DNA from: Candidatus Dormiibacterota bacterium
GTDB lineage: Bacteria > Chloroflexota > Dormibacteria > Aeolococcales > Aeolococcaceae
DNA length: 64,000 nt
Direction of reading: 5' to 3'
Assembly (NCBI GenBank): GCA_963751755.1
Contig: CAVVVH010000004.1
Location: 261,822 to 325,821 of the forward strand
Shown: positions 41,135 to 50,646 of the stretch, piece after piece
How positions within the stretch are numbered: position 1 is the stretch's first letter
How the letters are laid out: every line of letters starts with the position of its first letter
The notes under the pieces: model-generated
The model's input: the letters and a program-made list of their open reading frames with translations, nothing else
Told to the model about the DNA's origin: nothing
Database searches by the model: none
Translations under genes and position numbers: made by a program

Positions 41135-41162
41135 ACTATAGCGCAGTGAACTGCACTTGCAA
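41135..41162 (-). promoter_or_regulatory. strong sigma-70-type promoter upstream of the helicase gene
   Basis: On the minus strand: TTGCAA (41162-41157), a 16-nt spacer, then TATAGT (41140-41135). It lies in the 165-nt gap between the hydrolase stop (41192) and the helicase start. Confidence 0.6.
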
Positions 41163-41191
41163 CACACGCGGCGTTGACGGCCGCGCCACGC

Positions 41192-42026
41192 TCAGTGGCG
41201 AACCGGTTCCGCCGCCGCGACCGCCGCGCCGGCTCCGTACCAGCGCGCCAGGGTGGCGAAGTGGTCGCGGAGCAGGAGCTGGTGGGCCCCGGGGATGACC
41301 AGCACCTCGGCGTGCGGCAGCACCTGGCGCCAGCGCTCGAGGTTGTCCGGCCCGACGGTGGTGTCCTCGTCGGAGTAGAGGAGCAGCTGGGGGCGTCCGC
41401 GCAGGGCATCGTCGAGGCCGCGCGAACTCGTCGGCCACGGTCGGGTCCCAGATCAGCGCGTTCGAGGTCGCCTGGTAGCTGTCGACCGTGTGGCGCAGGT
41501 AGTCGGCGATCACCTCGCGCGGGAAGACCGGCGAGCGCACCAGCGGCGACACCAGCGGCAGCACCCGCTGGAGGGTGCGGTAGACGGATGCGCCCGGCAA
41601 CGCCGCGCGGCACCCCGTACGGGCGCATCTGGCGGCGCGGGAATGGCGACGCGATCAGCGCCAGCGACGCGACGCGGCTCGGGGTGGCGCGCGGCGAACA
41701 GCGCGGCGAGGATCCCGCCCATGGAGTGGCCGGCGACGTCGACGCGGCCGTCCACTGACAGGGCCGTCGAGCAGGCCCTCGATGCTGGCGACGTGGAAGT
41801 CGCGGGTGTAGTCGAGGCGCGGCTTGTCGGACCGGCCGAAGCCGGCCAGGTCGGGGGCGATCAGGGTGCGCGTGCCGGCGAGGAGGCGGGGCGATGCCCG
41901 CCCAGTAGCGGCCGCTGCCACCGAGCCCGTGGAGGAGCAGCAGCGGCGGCCCGGTCCCCGCCACCTGCACGGAGAGCCGGCCCCAGCCGAGCGGCGACGG
42001 TGCGGCGCTCGCCAGGTGTCGGTCAT
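41192..42026 (-). CDS. alpha/beta hydrolase, many frame switches
   Basis: LLLLHGLGGSGRYW (HG oxyanion motif), APDLAGFGRSDKP, and nucleophile elbow GHSMGG (ORF 41510..41755). The C-terminal VLVIPGAHQLLLRDHF carries the catalytic His. The pieces are spread over at least four track ORFs. Confidence 0.7.
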
Positions 42027-42134
42027 CGCGCGATCGTGGCACAGGGGCGTGCGCACCGAACCGTCGCGCACACGGCGCGGTACGGCGGGCGCCGACTGAT
42101 CCGCGCGTGGCGCTGTCACGGTGTATGTGCAGGT

Positions 42135-43387
42135 GTGAAGGTCGCCGTCGTCGGTGCGGGTGTGTCGGGGCTGGTCGCCGCCTACCTGCTCCACCGCGAC
42201 CACGACGTCACCGTCTTCGAGGCCGGCGAGTACGCCGGCGGCCACGTCAACACCATCCCCGTCGACGTCGAGAGCGGCCGCTACGAGGTGGACACCGGGC
42301 TTCATCGTCTTCAACGAGCACAACTACCCCAACTTCCGCCGCCTGCTGCGGCGGCTGCGCATCGGCGAGCAGGCCTCCGACATGAGCTTCAGCGTCAGCT
42401 CGCGCCACGACGACTTCGAGTACGCCAGCCAGGGTGCCAACGCCATCTTCGCCAAGCGCTCCCACCTGGTGCGGCCGCGCTTCTACCGGATGCTCGCCGA
42501 GAAGGTGCGCTTCCACCGCGAGGCCCGGCGGCCTGCTCGAGCAGCTCGGCGACGGCCCCACCCTCGGCGAGTTCCTCGACGCGCGGCGCTACTCGCGCAC
42601 CTTCATCGACCGGCTCATCGTCCCCCAGGTGGCGGCGGTGTGGTCGGCGCCGGAGGAGGAGGCGCGCGCCTTTCCCGCCAAGTACCTGGCCCGCTTCCTC
42701 GACAACCACGGGCTGCTCCAGGTGGGCAACCATCCCGCGCTGGTCGACGGTGCCCGGTGGCTCGGCGCGGTACGTCGAGGCGATGACGCGCACCTTCAGG
42801 CGCAAGGTGCGCCTGCAGGCGCCGGTGGTGTCGATCCGCGCGCGACGAGGACTCCGTCGAGATCCGCCAGCGCAACAGCGAGCCGGAGACCTTCGACAGG
42901 GTCATCGTCGCCACCCACTCCGACCAGGCGCTGCGCATGCTCAGCGACGCCACGCCGCGCGAGCGCGAGCTGCTCAGCGCCTTCGAGTACCAGACCAACG
43001 AGGTGGCGCTTCACACCGACGCGCGCGTGCTGCCGCGGCGCCGCCGCGCGTGGGCGAGCTGGAACTACCAGGTGGTGGACCAGGCCACCGGCAGCAGCGC
43101 GGTGACGTACCACATGAACCGTCTGCAGTCGATCGACTCACCAGAGCAGTTCTGCGTCACGCTCAACAACCTCGAGGGCATCGACAGCACCAAGATCGTG
43201 CGCCGGCTGCGCTACCAGCATCCCGTCTTCACGCACCGCAGCGTCAGCGCGCAGGACCGGCACGAGATCGGTTCTCGGCGCCAATCGCACCTATTTCTGC
43301 GGCGCATACTGGGGCTATGGGTTCCACGAGGATGGCGTGGACTCCGCGCTGCGCGTCGCCGCGCACTTCGGTGTCGGGCTCTCGTGA
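42135..43387 (+). CDS. NAD(P)/FAD-dependent oxidoreductase (amine-oxidase-like, cfa-cluster type), about 4 frame switches
   Basis: GTG start. VKVAVVGAGVSGLVAAYLL...VTVFEAGEYAGGH dinucleotide motif, with later parts in ORFs 42154, 42434, 42937 and a final frame ending at TGA 43385-43387. Confidence 0.75.
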
Positions 43388-44159
43388 CGCTGCATAGCTG
43401 CATCTACGAGGGCTCGGTGCACCACCGCCGCCGCACCCCCGTGCGAGCACGCGTTCCGCTACTCCGTGTTCATGCTCTACCTCGACCTCGACGAGATCGA
43501 CGACGTCTTCGCGCACCGGCTGCTGTGGTCGACGCGACGGCCGGCGTTCGCGCGCTGGCGGCGCAGCGACTACCCGGGCGACCCGGCGCAACCGCTCGAC
43601 ACGTGGGTGCGCGACCTCGTCGCCGAGCGCACCGGCAGCCGGCCCACCGGCCCGGTGCGGCTGCTCACCCACCTCCGCTACGGCGGCCGCGGCTTCAACC
43701 CCATCTCCGTCTACTACTGCTTCGCCGATGACGGGCGAGACGCTGGAGTGGGCGGTGCTCGAGGTGACCAGCACGCCGTGGCGTGAGCGCACCCACTACG
43801 TGCTCGACGTGCGCGGCGAGGAGCGTGTCCACGCCGGCCGCCTCGGCCAAGTCGCTGCACGTGTCGCCGTTCCTGCCCATGGCGCTCGAGTACCGCTGGC
43901 GGCTGAGCCGGCCGGGCGCCAGCGTGGCCGTGGCGATCGACGTCGCCGATGGCGAGCGGACCGATCCTCCAGACCGGCGTGGCGATGCGCCGCCGCCCGC
44001 TCACCGCGCGCGACCATGGCCCGGCTCCTGCTCAGCCACCCGCCGATGTCGCTGCGCGTGCTCGGCGGCATCTACTGGCAGGCATTTCGCCTGTGGCGCA
44101 AGCGAGTTCCCTACCATCCTCATCCTCACCATCTCGCCGAGGAGCACCTCGCCGCATGA
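43384..44159 (+). CDS. DUF1365 domain-containing protein, many frame switches
   Basis: GTG 43384 overlaps the upstream stop. CIYEGSVHHRR, FRYSVFMLYLDLDE, and RYGGRGFNPISVYYCF are DUF1365 hallmarks. The C-terminus is in ORF 43728..44159. Confidence 0.7.
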
Positions 44160-45497
44160 CAGCGGTCGCGCCCAGCCTGCGTCCCGTCCCCACCCTGCGC
44201 GAGCTCCCGCGCGTCGACGCCCTGGTGCGCTCCGTGGCGCTGCGCGTGTTCTCACCCACATCCGCAACGGCGAGCTGGTGATCGTCGAGGACGGCGGGGT
44301 GCGGCACCGCTTCGGGTCGACGGCGGCGTTCCCGGTGCGAGCGGTGATGCGCGTGCACCGCGCCAGCTTCTACCGCTCGCTGCTGCGCGGCAGCATCGGC
44401 GCGGCGCGCAGCTACGCCGAGGGCGCCTGGGACTGCGACGACCTCGTCGCGCTGGTGCGCCTGGCCATCCGCAACCTCGACACCCTCGACCGCGTCCAGG
44501 CCGCCGTCGCCCCGGTGCTGCGCCCGTTCCGCACCGCCGGCGAGTGGCTGCACCGCAACACCCGCGCGCGCAGCCGGGAGAACATCGCCCAGCACTACGA
44601 CATCGGCAACGACCTCTTCGAGCTGATGCTCGACGACACCATGTCGTACTCCAACGGCATCTTCGAGACCGCGCAGGCCAGCCTCCACGACGCGTCCATC
44701 GCCAAGATGGACCGGCTCTGCCGCAAGCTGCAGCTGGGCCCATCCGACCACCTCGTGGAGATCGGCAGCGGCTGGGGGGCGCTGGCGGTGTACGCGGCGC
44801 AGAGGTATGGCTGCCGGGTCACCACCACCACCATCAGCAGCGAGCAGCACCGGCTGGCCACCGAGCGGGTCCGCCGGCACGGTCTCGAGGACCGCGTCGA
44901 CGGTGCTCCTCGAGGACTACCGCGACCTCCGCGGCAGCTTCACCAAGCTGGTGTCGGTGGAGATGATCGAGGCGATCGGCTGGCAGTACTTCGACACCTA
45001 CTTCGCGGTGTGCAGCCGCCTGCTCACGCCCGACGGGCTGGCGGCGATCCAGGCGATCTGCCAGCCCCACCGCGCGTTCCTGGCCACGCGCGGCTCCGCC
45101 AGCTTCATCAAGGCCCAGATCTTCCCTGGCGGGCATCTGCCCGTCGGTGCAGTCGCTGCTCGACGCGGCCGACGCCACCGGCGACCTCCACCTGGTCGAC
45201 CTCGAGGACATCACCGCCAGCTACCCGCTGACCCTGGCCGCCTGGCGGGCCAACTTCCTGGCCAACGCCAGCCGCCTCCACCCCCGCTTCGACGAGCGCT
45301 TCCGCCGCTTCTGGGTGCTGTACCTCAGCCTCTGCGAGGCCGGCTTCACCGAGCGGCGCATCACCGACGTGCAGCTGCTGTTCGCCAAGTCCGCCTTCCC
45401 AGCCGATCGCCTGCCCCGGTGGAGCGGTCCCGAGCCGCCCGCGGCCGTCACCTCCACGCCGGCGGCGGCGAGGGCTCACGAGGCCGCGCTGCACTAG
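44156..45497 (+). CDS. cfa: cyclopropane-fatty-acyl-phospholipid synthase family protein, about 3 frame switches
   Basis: ATG 44156 overlaps the upstream stop (ATGA). HYDIGNDLFELMLDDTMSYS and the SAM motif VEIGSGWGALAVYAA are in ORF 43783..45231, SVEMIEAIG is in ORF 44807..45514, and the C-terminus is in ORF 45147..45497. Confidence 0.8.
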
Positions 45498-45506
45498 GAT
45501 CAGCAG

Positions 45507-46049
45507 ATGGCTGAACAAGGCGGGGGCGTCGACCTCAGCGGGCTGCACCGCGAGCTCGACAGCCTCAAGAACCAACTCTGCCGCTGCCAGCACCAGGGCA
45601 CGTGCCTGGCCTGCCGCGGCTTCGAGATCCTCCGCGAGCAGTCGCAGACGGTGGTGGCCGCGTCGAGCCAGCCGGTGCTCATGCAGGTCGCCCAGGAGGC
45701 CGCCGTCAAGGACCTCATCGGCCAGCTCGGCGGCGTCCAGGAGAAGCTCGCCGGCGACCCCCAGATCCAGGAGCTGCTGATGCGCATGATGGACCGCGTC
45801 CAGGAGGACCTCGGCGGCCCCGACGAGCTGGCCAAGCTGTTCAGCGGCCTGGGCTTCCCGATGCCCGGCGACGGCACCGAGGGCGGCGGGCAGATCCCCG
45901 GCTTCGGCAGCGCGCCGCCCGCCAAGGGGGCCAGCGAGTCCTACGACGACCGGCCCCGGCCAGCCGGCGGCGGCGACCACCCCGATCAGCCCCCGCCGCC
46001 CGACGAGGGCTGGCGACGCGCCGGCCCGCCGGCGTCTAGGAGGAGACCC
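45507..46049 (+). CDS. hypothetical Cys-motif/Pro-rich protein, in frame with the downstream CitE-like gene as sequenced
   Basis: First 181 codons of track ORF 45507..46997, containing CRCQHQGTCLACRGF and then an acidic/Pro-rich tail. The internal TAGGAGGAGACCC-ATG at 46037-46052 suggests a separate gene whose TAG stop is reached only in another frame. Confidence 0.4.
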
Positions 46050-46997
46050 ATGCCGACCCGCCTGCGTCGAAGCGTGCTCGCCTGCCCGGGCAGCAACCCG
46101 AGGATGATGGAGAAGGCGGCGGCCTCCGCGGCCGACGAGGTGTTCCTCGACCTCGAGGACGCCTGCGCGCCGCTCGAGAAGCCGGCCGCGCGCGGCAAGG
46201 TGGTCGAGGCGCTGCGCACCCACGACTGGCAGGGCAAGGTGCGCGTGGTGCGCATCAACCAGGTGAGCAGCCAGTTCGCGCTCGACGACATCCGCGAGGT
46301 GGTCACCGGCGCCGGCGACGTGCTCGACTGCGTGATGGTGCCCAAGGTGCAGAACGCCGGCGACATCGCGTTCGTCGACCGCGCGCTGGGCAGCCTCGAG
46401 CAGACGCTCGGCTACGAGCCGGGCCGCATCGGCATCGAGGCCCAGGTGGAGGACGCGCTCGGGCTCATGAACGCCGAGGAGATCGCCTTCGCCAGCAAGC
46501 GGATCGAGACGATCACCTACGGGCCGGCCGACTTCTCGGCCAACATGCAGCTGCCCTCGCTGACCGTCGCCAACACCTACAACTACCCGGGCGACATCTT
46601 CCACTACGTGCTCTTCAAGCTCGCCGTCGCCGCGCGTGCCGCCGGCATCCAGGTGATCGACGGCCCCTACCTGCTGATCCGCGACATCGACGGCTTCCGC
46701 GAGGCCGCCGGCCGCGCCGCCGCCCTCGGCTACGACGGCAAGTGGGTGCTCCACCCCGGCCAGATCGAGCCCGCCAACGAGGTCTTCACCCCGAGCCAGC
46801 AGGACTTCGACAAGGCCGTGCAGATCCTCGAGGCCTACCGCCACGCCACCGAGGTGGAACGCCGCGGCGCCGTCATGCTCGGCGACGAGATGATCGACGA
46901 GGCCTCGCGGAAGATGGCGCTGCAGTTCGAGATGCGCGGGCGAGCCGCTGGGCTGACGCCTTCACCGCGCGCGGAGGCCGTCGAAGCCAGCGCGTAG
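46050..46997 (+). CDS. HpcH/HpaI aldolase / citrate lyase beta subunit (CitE)-like CoA-ester lyase
   Basis: ATG 46050 lies 6 nt after AGGAGGAG. RRSVLACPGSNPRMMEKA, DEVFLDLEDA, YGPADF and KWVLHPGQI are typical of CitE/malyl-CoA lyase-like proteins. Confidence 0.8.
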   Translation: MPTRLRRSVLACPGSNPRMMEKAAASAADEVFLDLEDACAPLEKPAARGKVVEALRTHDWQGKVRVVRINQVSSQFALDDIREVVTGAGDVLDCVMVPKVQNAGDIAFVDRALGSLEQTLGYEPGRIGIEAQVEDALGLMNAEEIAFASKRIETITYGPADFSANMQLPSLTVANTYNYPGDIFHYVLFKLAVAARAAGIQVIDGPYLLIRDIDGFREAAGRAAALGYDGKWVLHPGQIEPANEVFTPSQQDFDKAVQILEAYRHATEVERRGAVMLGDEMIDEASRKMALQFEMRGRAAGLTPSPRAEAVEASA

Positions 46998-47000
46998 CTG

Positions 47001-47166
47001 GTGCCACTGAAGCCGGAGAGGGGACGGCGCCGCTGCGTTGCGCAGCTCGCGTTCGCTTCGGGAGCCCCCGGGCCTTTCGGCCCGGTCGGTCTCCCTCGCT
47101 GCTTCGCGATGCTTCACTTCGCGGCGCCGTCCCCTCTCCTCTTGTTCGTCCCACTGCCTTGCCGGC
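47001..47166 (+). repeat. family-2 palindromic intergenic element
   Basis: Perfect 19-bp arms at 47015-47033 and 47121-47139, an 87-nt core with a nested hairpin at 47068-47085, and flanking boxes at 47001-47016 and 47148-47165. The core is shared with 57031-57152. Confidence 0.8.
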
Positions 47167-47215
47167 ACGACGGCGTCAGCGCGCCGTGGCGTCAGGACGG
47201 CTCGCTTGTGGCGAA

Positions 47216-47244
47216 GAGGCCGGGAGCTCGTTGCTCCCGGCCTC
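47216..47244. terminator. GC-rich hairpin, candidate intrinsic terminator for the surface-protein gene
   Basis: GAGGCCGGGAGC-TCGTT-GCTCCCGGCCTC, a 12-bp perfect stem, lies 28 nt downstream of the minus-strand stop at 47272. There is no long U tract, which is usual in high-GC genomes. Confidence 0.5.
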
Positions 47245-47271
47245 TCCTGGCTCCCTTCCTGTTGCTGTCTG

Positions 47272-48538
47272 TCAGATCTCCTCGCGGCGGATTCGCGAGA
47301 GGCCGAGGAAGGCCAGCCCGACCAGGACGAGGATCGCTGCTGTGCCGATCGCCAGGTTGGCGCCGGTGCCCGGCGTCGAGGTGGTGAGGGCGAGCACCCC
47401 GCCCGGGGTCGCGGTTGTCTTGACCGCCTGCACGCCGCCGGTCGGTGCCGACGGGGTTGGGGTGGTCACTGTTGTGTGCGGGGTTGGGGTCGGGGTTGCG
47501 GTGGGTGTGCTGGTCGGCGTTGGGGTGGGCGTGCTGGTTGGCGTCGGGGTCGGCGTCGGGGTGCTGGTGGTGGCGCTGCACGAGGTGGTGCCGCCGTTGT
47601 CGGCGCTGATCAGCCGGTTCTCGTAGTCGGTGCCCGGCGTCGAGCCGAGCGTGGTCAGGACTGCGCCATGGACGAAGTCGACCTGGTACATGCAGGTGGG
47701 CAGGGTGACGGCCAGCGAGTGCACGCCGCCGGTGAAGGTGCCCGTCTGCGAATCGAACAGCACCTGCTGCGGCGCGCTCTGGCGGGTGAAGTACGGCAGC
47801 GGCGCCTTGTAGGAGGCGAGGCTCAGCTGCATCGAGCAGTTCGCCGGCACGGTGAAGGTGGCCTTGACGGTCTCACCGGAGCCGCCGTGGCCGCGCAGGT
47901 CGGTCACCGTGGTGGTGCCGCCGAGGAGGTAGCTGACGTTGGCGAGCTGCGGGTTGCTGGTGGCGCAGACGTGGCTGCTGCCGCCGGTGCCGCTGCTGCT
48001 GCAGGACTTGCTGCCCCCGTTGGCGGCGGAGATGAGCCTGCCCTGGGCGCCGTAGAAGTTGTTCGAGCCGTCAGGCCCGAGGTGCTGGATGACCGCGCCG
48101 CGGACGAAGTCCACCTGGAAGTAGCACGGCGGGACGTCGACGGCCAGCGAGTGGGCGCCGGCGCTGAAGGTGGCGTCCTTGGAATCGAACACCGTCTGCT
48201 GCGAGGCGGTCTTGGCGTCGAAGGAGCTCGACGGGGCCTGGTAGGAGACCAGCGAGACCTCGACGCTGCAGCTCGCCGGGACCGTGAAGCTGGCGACCAC
48301 GTGGTCGGGCGAGGCGACCTTCCCGCTCAGCGAGGACGCGCGTGCCCTGGTTGGTGGTGAACCTGACGTCCTGGATGAGCTGGTTGCCGGACTGCTGGCA
48401 GCTCGCGCTCGAGTGTGTGGTCGACTCCGTGCCCCCGCCGCCGCCCTGCTGCTCACAGGCGAGCGCTCCGCTCGCGAGGGCTCCCATCATCAGCGACGCT
48501 GAGAATCCCGCCGCTGCGACTTTGAGTGGTCCGGTCAT
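47272..48538 (-). CDS. secreted cell-surface protein with two tandem ~100-aa Cys-containing repeats, a (T/P)n linker and a C-terminal sorting-signal-like anchor, one frame switch
   Basis: The signal peptide MTGPLKVAAAGFSASLMMGALASGALA is in ORF 48071..48589 and the rest is in ORF 47272..48456, with the join near 48340. The repeats are about 50 % identical (FTVPA.CS...SL.SY.AP...FDS...H SLAV..P.C..QVDFV.GAV). The C-terminus is TPGTG plus a 19-aa hydrophobic stretch plus SRIRREEI. Confidence 0.7.
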
Positions 48539-48612
48539 TCCTGTGTGCTCCTCTATGTCTGATGATTTGTCATGGCCTGAACGCGTCAAGCGCAGCTAAC
48601 GTAGCACGGTCT

Positions 48613-48650
48613 GTTACATGCTTTACAGGTCTTGCGCGTTCGTTACAGGT
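48613..48650. promoter_or_regulatory. three direct TTACA(T/G)G repeats in a divergent promoter region
   Basis: GTTACATG (48613), TTTACAGGT (48622) and GTTACAGGT (48642) lie in the relatively AT-rich 218-nt gap between divergent genes starting at 48538 (-) and 48757 (+). Spacings are 9 and 20 nt. Confidence 0.35.
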
Positions 48651-48756
48651 TTGTCGGAGGTGCCTGGCCCGGTGTGACGGGCGAAGAATCGCCGCCACCG
48701 GATGTGACGAAGCCGGGCCGGTCCGCTCTTCCGCGGCGCTACCCTTGGCCGCCGCG

Positions 48757-49353
48757 ATGACCGCGATCAGGACCGACGGCTACACCGTGATCCGCGGGGC
48801 GCTCGACGGCGCACACCGTGGCCGCGCTGCGCAACTCCATCGAGTCGGCGGTGGCCAGCGCAGCGGCCGGGGTCGACGTGCGTGCCGGCACGGTCTGGAT
48901 CAAGGACGCCGCGGTGCTCGGCGACCGCATCGAGACCCTGCGGACCGCGCCACCGGTGGTCGAGGCGGTGGCGGAGCTGCTCGGCCCGGGCCCGCTGCCG
49001 GTGGGCGCGCTGATGCGCAACCCGGTCGGGCCCACCGCCCAGCAGGCGCTCCACGTCGACTGGGCGGGGCCGGTGGCTCCCGGCCACGACCAGCAGGCGC
49101 AGGCGATGTTCTTCCTCGACGACGTCACCGCCGACAACGGGCCCACCCGGCTGGTGCCGGGCAGCCATCGTCCGGGTCGATCCCGCCGAAGAACCTCTCC
49201 GACCCTCACGCCCGGCACCGCGACGAGGAGTGCATCACCGGCCCCGCGGGCGACGTCCTGGTGTTCAGCTCGCACCTCTGGCACAGCGGCACGGCGAACA
49301 CCTCGGGCCGGCCGCGCCGGGTGATCACGGTGACGTACCGGCGTCGCGGCTGA
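48757..49353 (+). CDS. phytanoyl-CoA dioxygenase (PhyH) family protein, 2 compensating frame switches
   Basis: The start and end are in ORF 48526..49353 and the middle is in ORF 48818..49324. LHVDW (first metal ligands HxD), NGPTRLVPGSH and LWHSGTANTS are PhyH-type motifs. Confidence 0.7.
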   Translation: MTAIRTDGYTVIRGALDGAHRGRAAQLHRVGGGQRSGRGRRACRHGLDQGRRGARRPHRDPADRATGGRGGGGAARPGPAAGGRADAQPGRAHRPAGAPRRLGGAGGSRPRPAGAGDVLPRRRHRRQRAHPAGAGQPSSGSIPPKNLSDPHARHRDEECITGPAGDVLVFSSHLWHSGTANTSGRPRRVITVTYRRRG

Positions 49354-49362
49354 GGCGGGATC

Positions 49363-50408
49363 TCAGCGGTGCGGTTGGCTGCGCAACGCCCTGGCCGTGC
49401 GCCGGCGCTCGCGCCGGGACTCGGCTCCGCAGGCGGGCGTCGACCTGCTCGTCGAGGTGGCGCTGCTCACGTTCGAGCTTGCGCATCGAGGCCAGGCGAT
49501 CGAGGAGTGACGGGTCAGCCGCCGCCGCCGCCCGCACGGCGCAGCCCGGCTCTCCTGGTGGCGCGCAGTCGCTGAACCGGCAGCGCAGGGCGAGGTCGGC
49601 GACGTCGCCGAACACGGTGTCGATGCCGGCCTGCGCATCCCACACTCCCATCTCGCGCATGCCGGGCGTGTCGATGAGCAGCGCGCCGCCGGGCAGCTCG
49701 ATGAGCTCGCGGTGCGTGGTGGTGTGCGGCCGCGCCCGTCCGCGCGGATGGCGGCGGTGGCGAGGCGTTCGTCGCCACGCAGCGCGTTGATCAGCGTCGA
49801 CTTGCCCGCGCCGCTCGGTCCGACGATGGCGCCCGTCTGCCCCGGGGACTGGGAGGCGCGCACCGCGTCCAGGCCAAGGCCCGTCGCGCTGACGCGCGAT
49901 GACCGCCGCCCGCCGGCCGCCGCGCGGGCGGCGGCGATGTCGCCGGGCAGGTCGTCGCTGAGGTCGGCCTTGGTGAGCAGGACAACGGGTCGCGCACCGC
50001 TCGACCAGGCCATGGCCAGGCTGCGCTCGAGGCGGCGCACGCCGACCGGGATGCCGAGCGGCACCGCGATGAACACCGTGTCGACGTTGGCCGCCACCGC
50101 CTGGGCGGTCGCCGTGCCACCGGCGGAGCGGCGGAGCAGCACACTGCGGCGGGGCAGCACGAGCAAGGCCATCGCGTCGTCGACGGCCACCCAGTCGCCG
50201 GTGGTGACGCCGCCCTCGGGCGGGGCCGCGCGGAGAGCGCCGGCGACGGCGACCTCCCACTGCCCCAGTCACCGATGACGGTCAGGCGCTGCGACGACAC
50301 CATCGCGACGCGCGCGGGCGTGGTCGAGGCCGGCGCCGCCGCGGCGAAGGCGGCTGCGAAGGAGGGATCCCACCCCAGGCGGGACAGAGCAGGCGGATCG
50401 ATCTGCAC
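49363..50408 (-). CDS. rsgA: ribosome small-subunit-dependent GTPase A, about 4 frame switches
   Basis: VLLTKADL (G4), GPSGAGKSTLINAL (G1), TTTHRELIELPGGALLIDTPGMRE, and the zinc-finger region CRFSDC...GC. The pieces are in ORFs 49363..50190, 49325..50272 and 49791..50705. The start is uncertain. Confidence 0.8.
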
Positions 50409-50646
50409 GAGCAACTCCGAGTGAGGGAACACCCGGTCTCGCGCGGAGACCGACAGGACGGTCGCGGCGACCGTGTCCGCCTGAGCTAGCGGGCGGGACC
50501 GGGAAGGACGGCGGTGGGGCGCGCGATGAGCGCAACAGTCGCTGCCATCGGTCTGCCCTCCACTCGCGGTGCCTGCGGAACGTGGCAACTGTAGCCGATT
50601 CCCCGGTTGCCGACGCGGCACCGCTGAACGCTGGTAGCGTTGCGCC

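Noticed and set aside
39100-42042. 980-aa ORF that would fuse an alpha/beta hydrolase to the helicase N-terminal region
   Set aside because: It is a composite read-through. The hydrolase motifs continue in other frames and end at TGA 41192. A canonical promoter (41135-41162) lies inside the ORF. Beyond the Walker A site, the ORF continues out of frame as Arg/Pro-rich nonsense.
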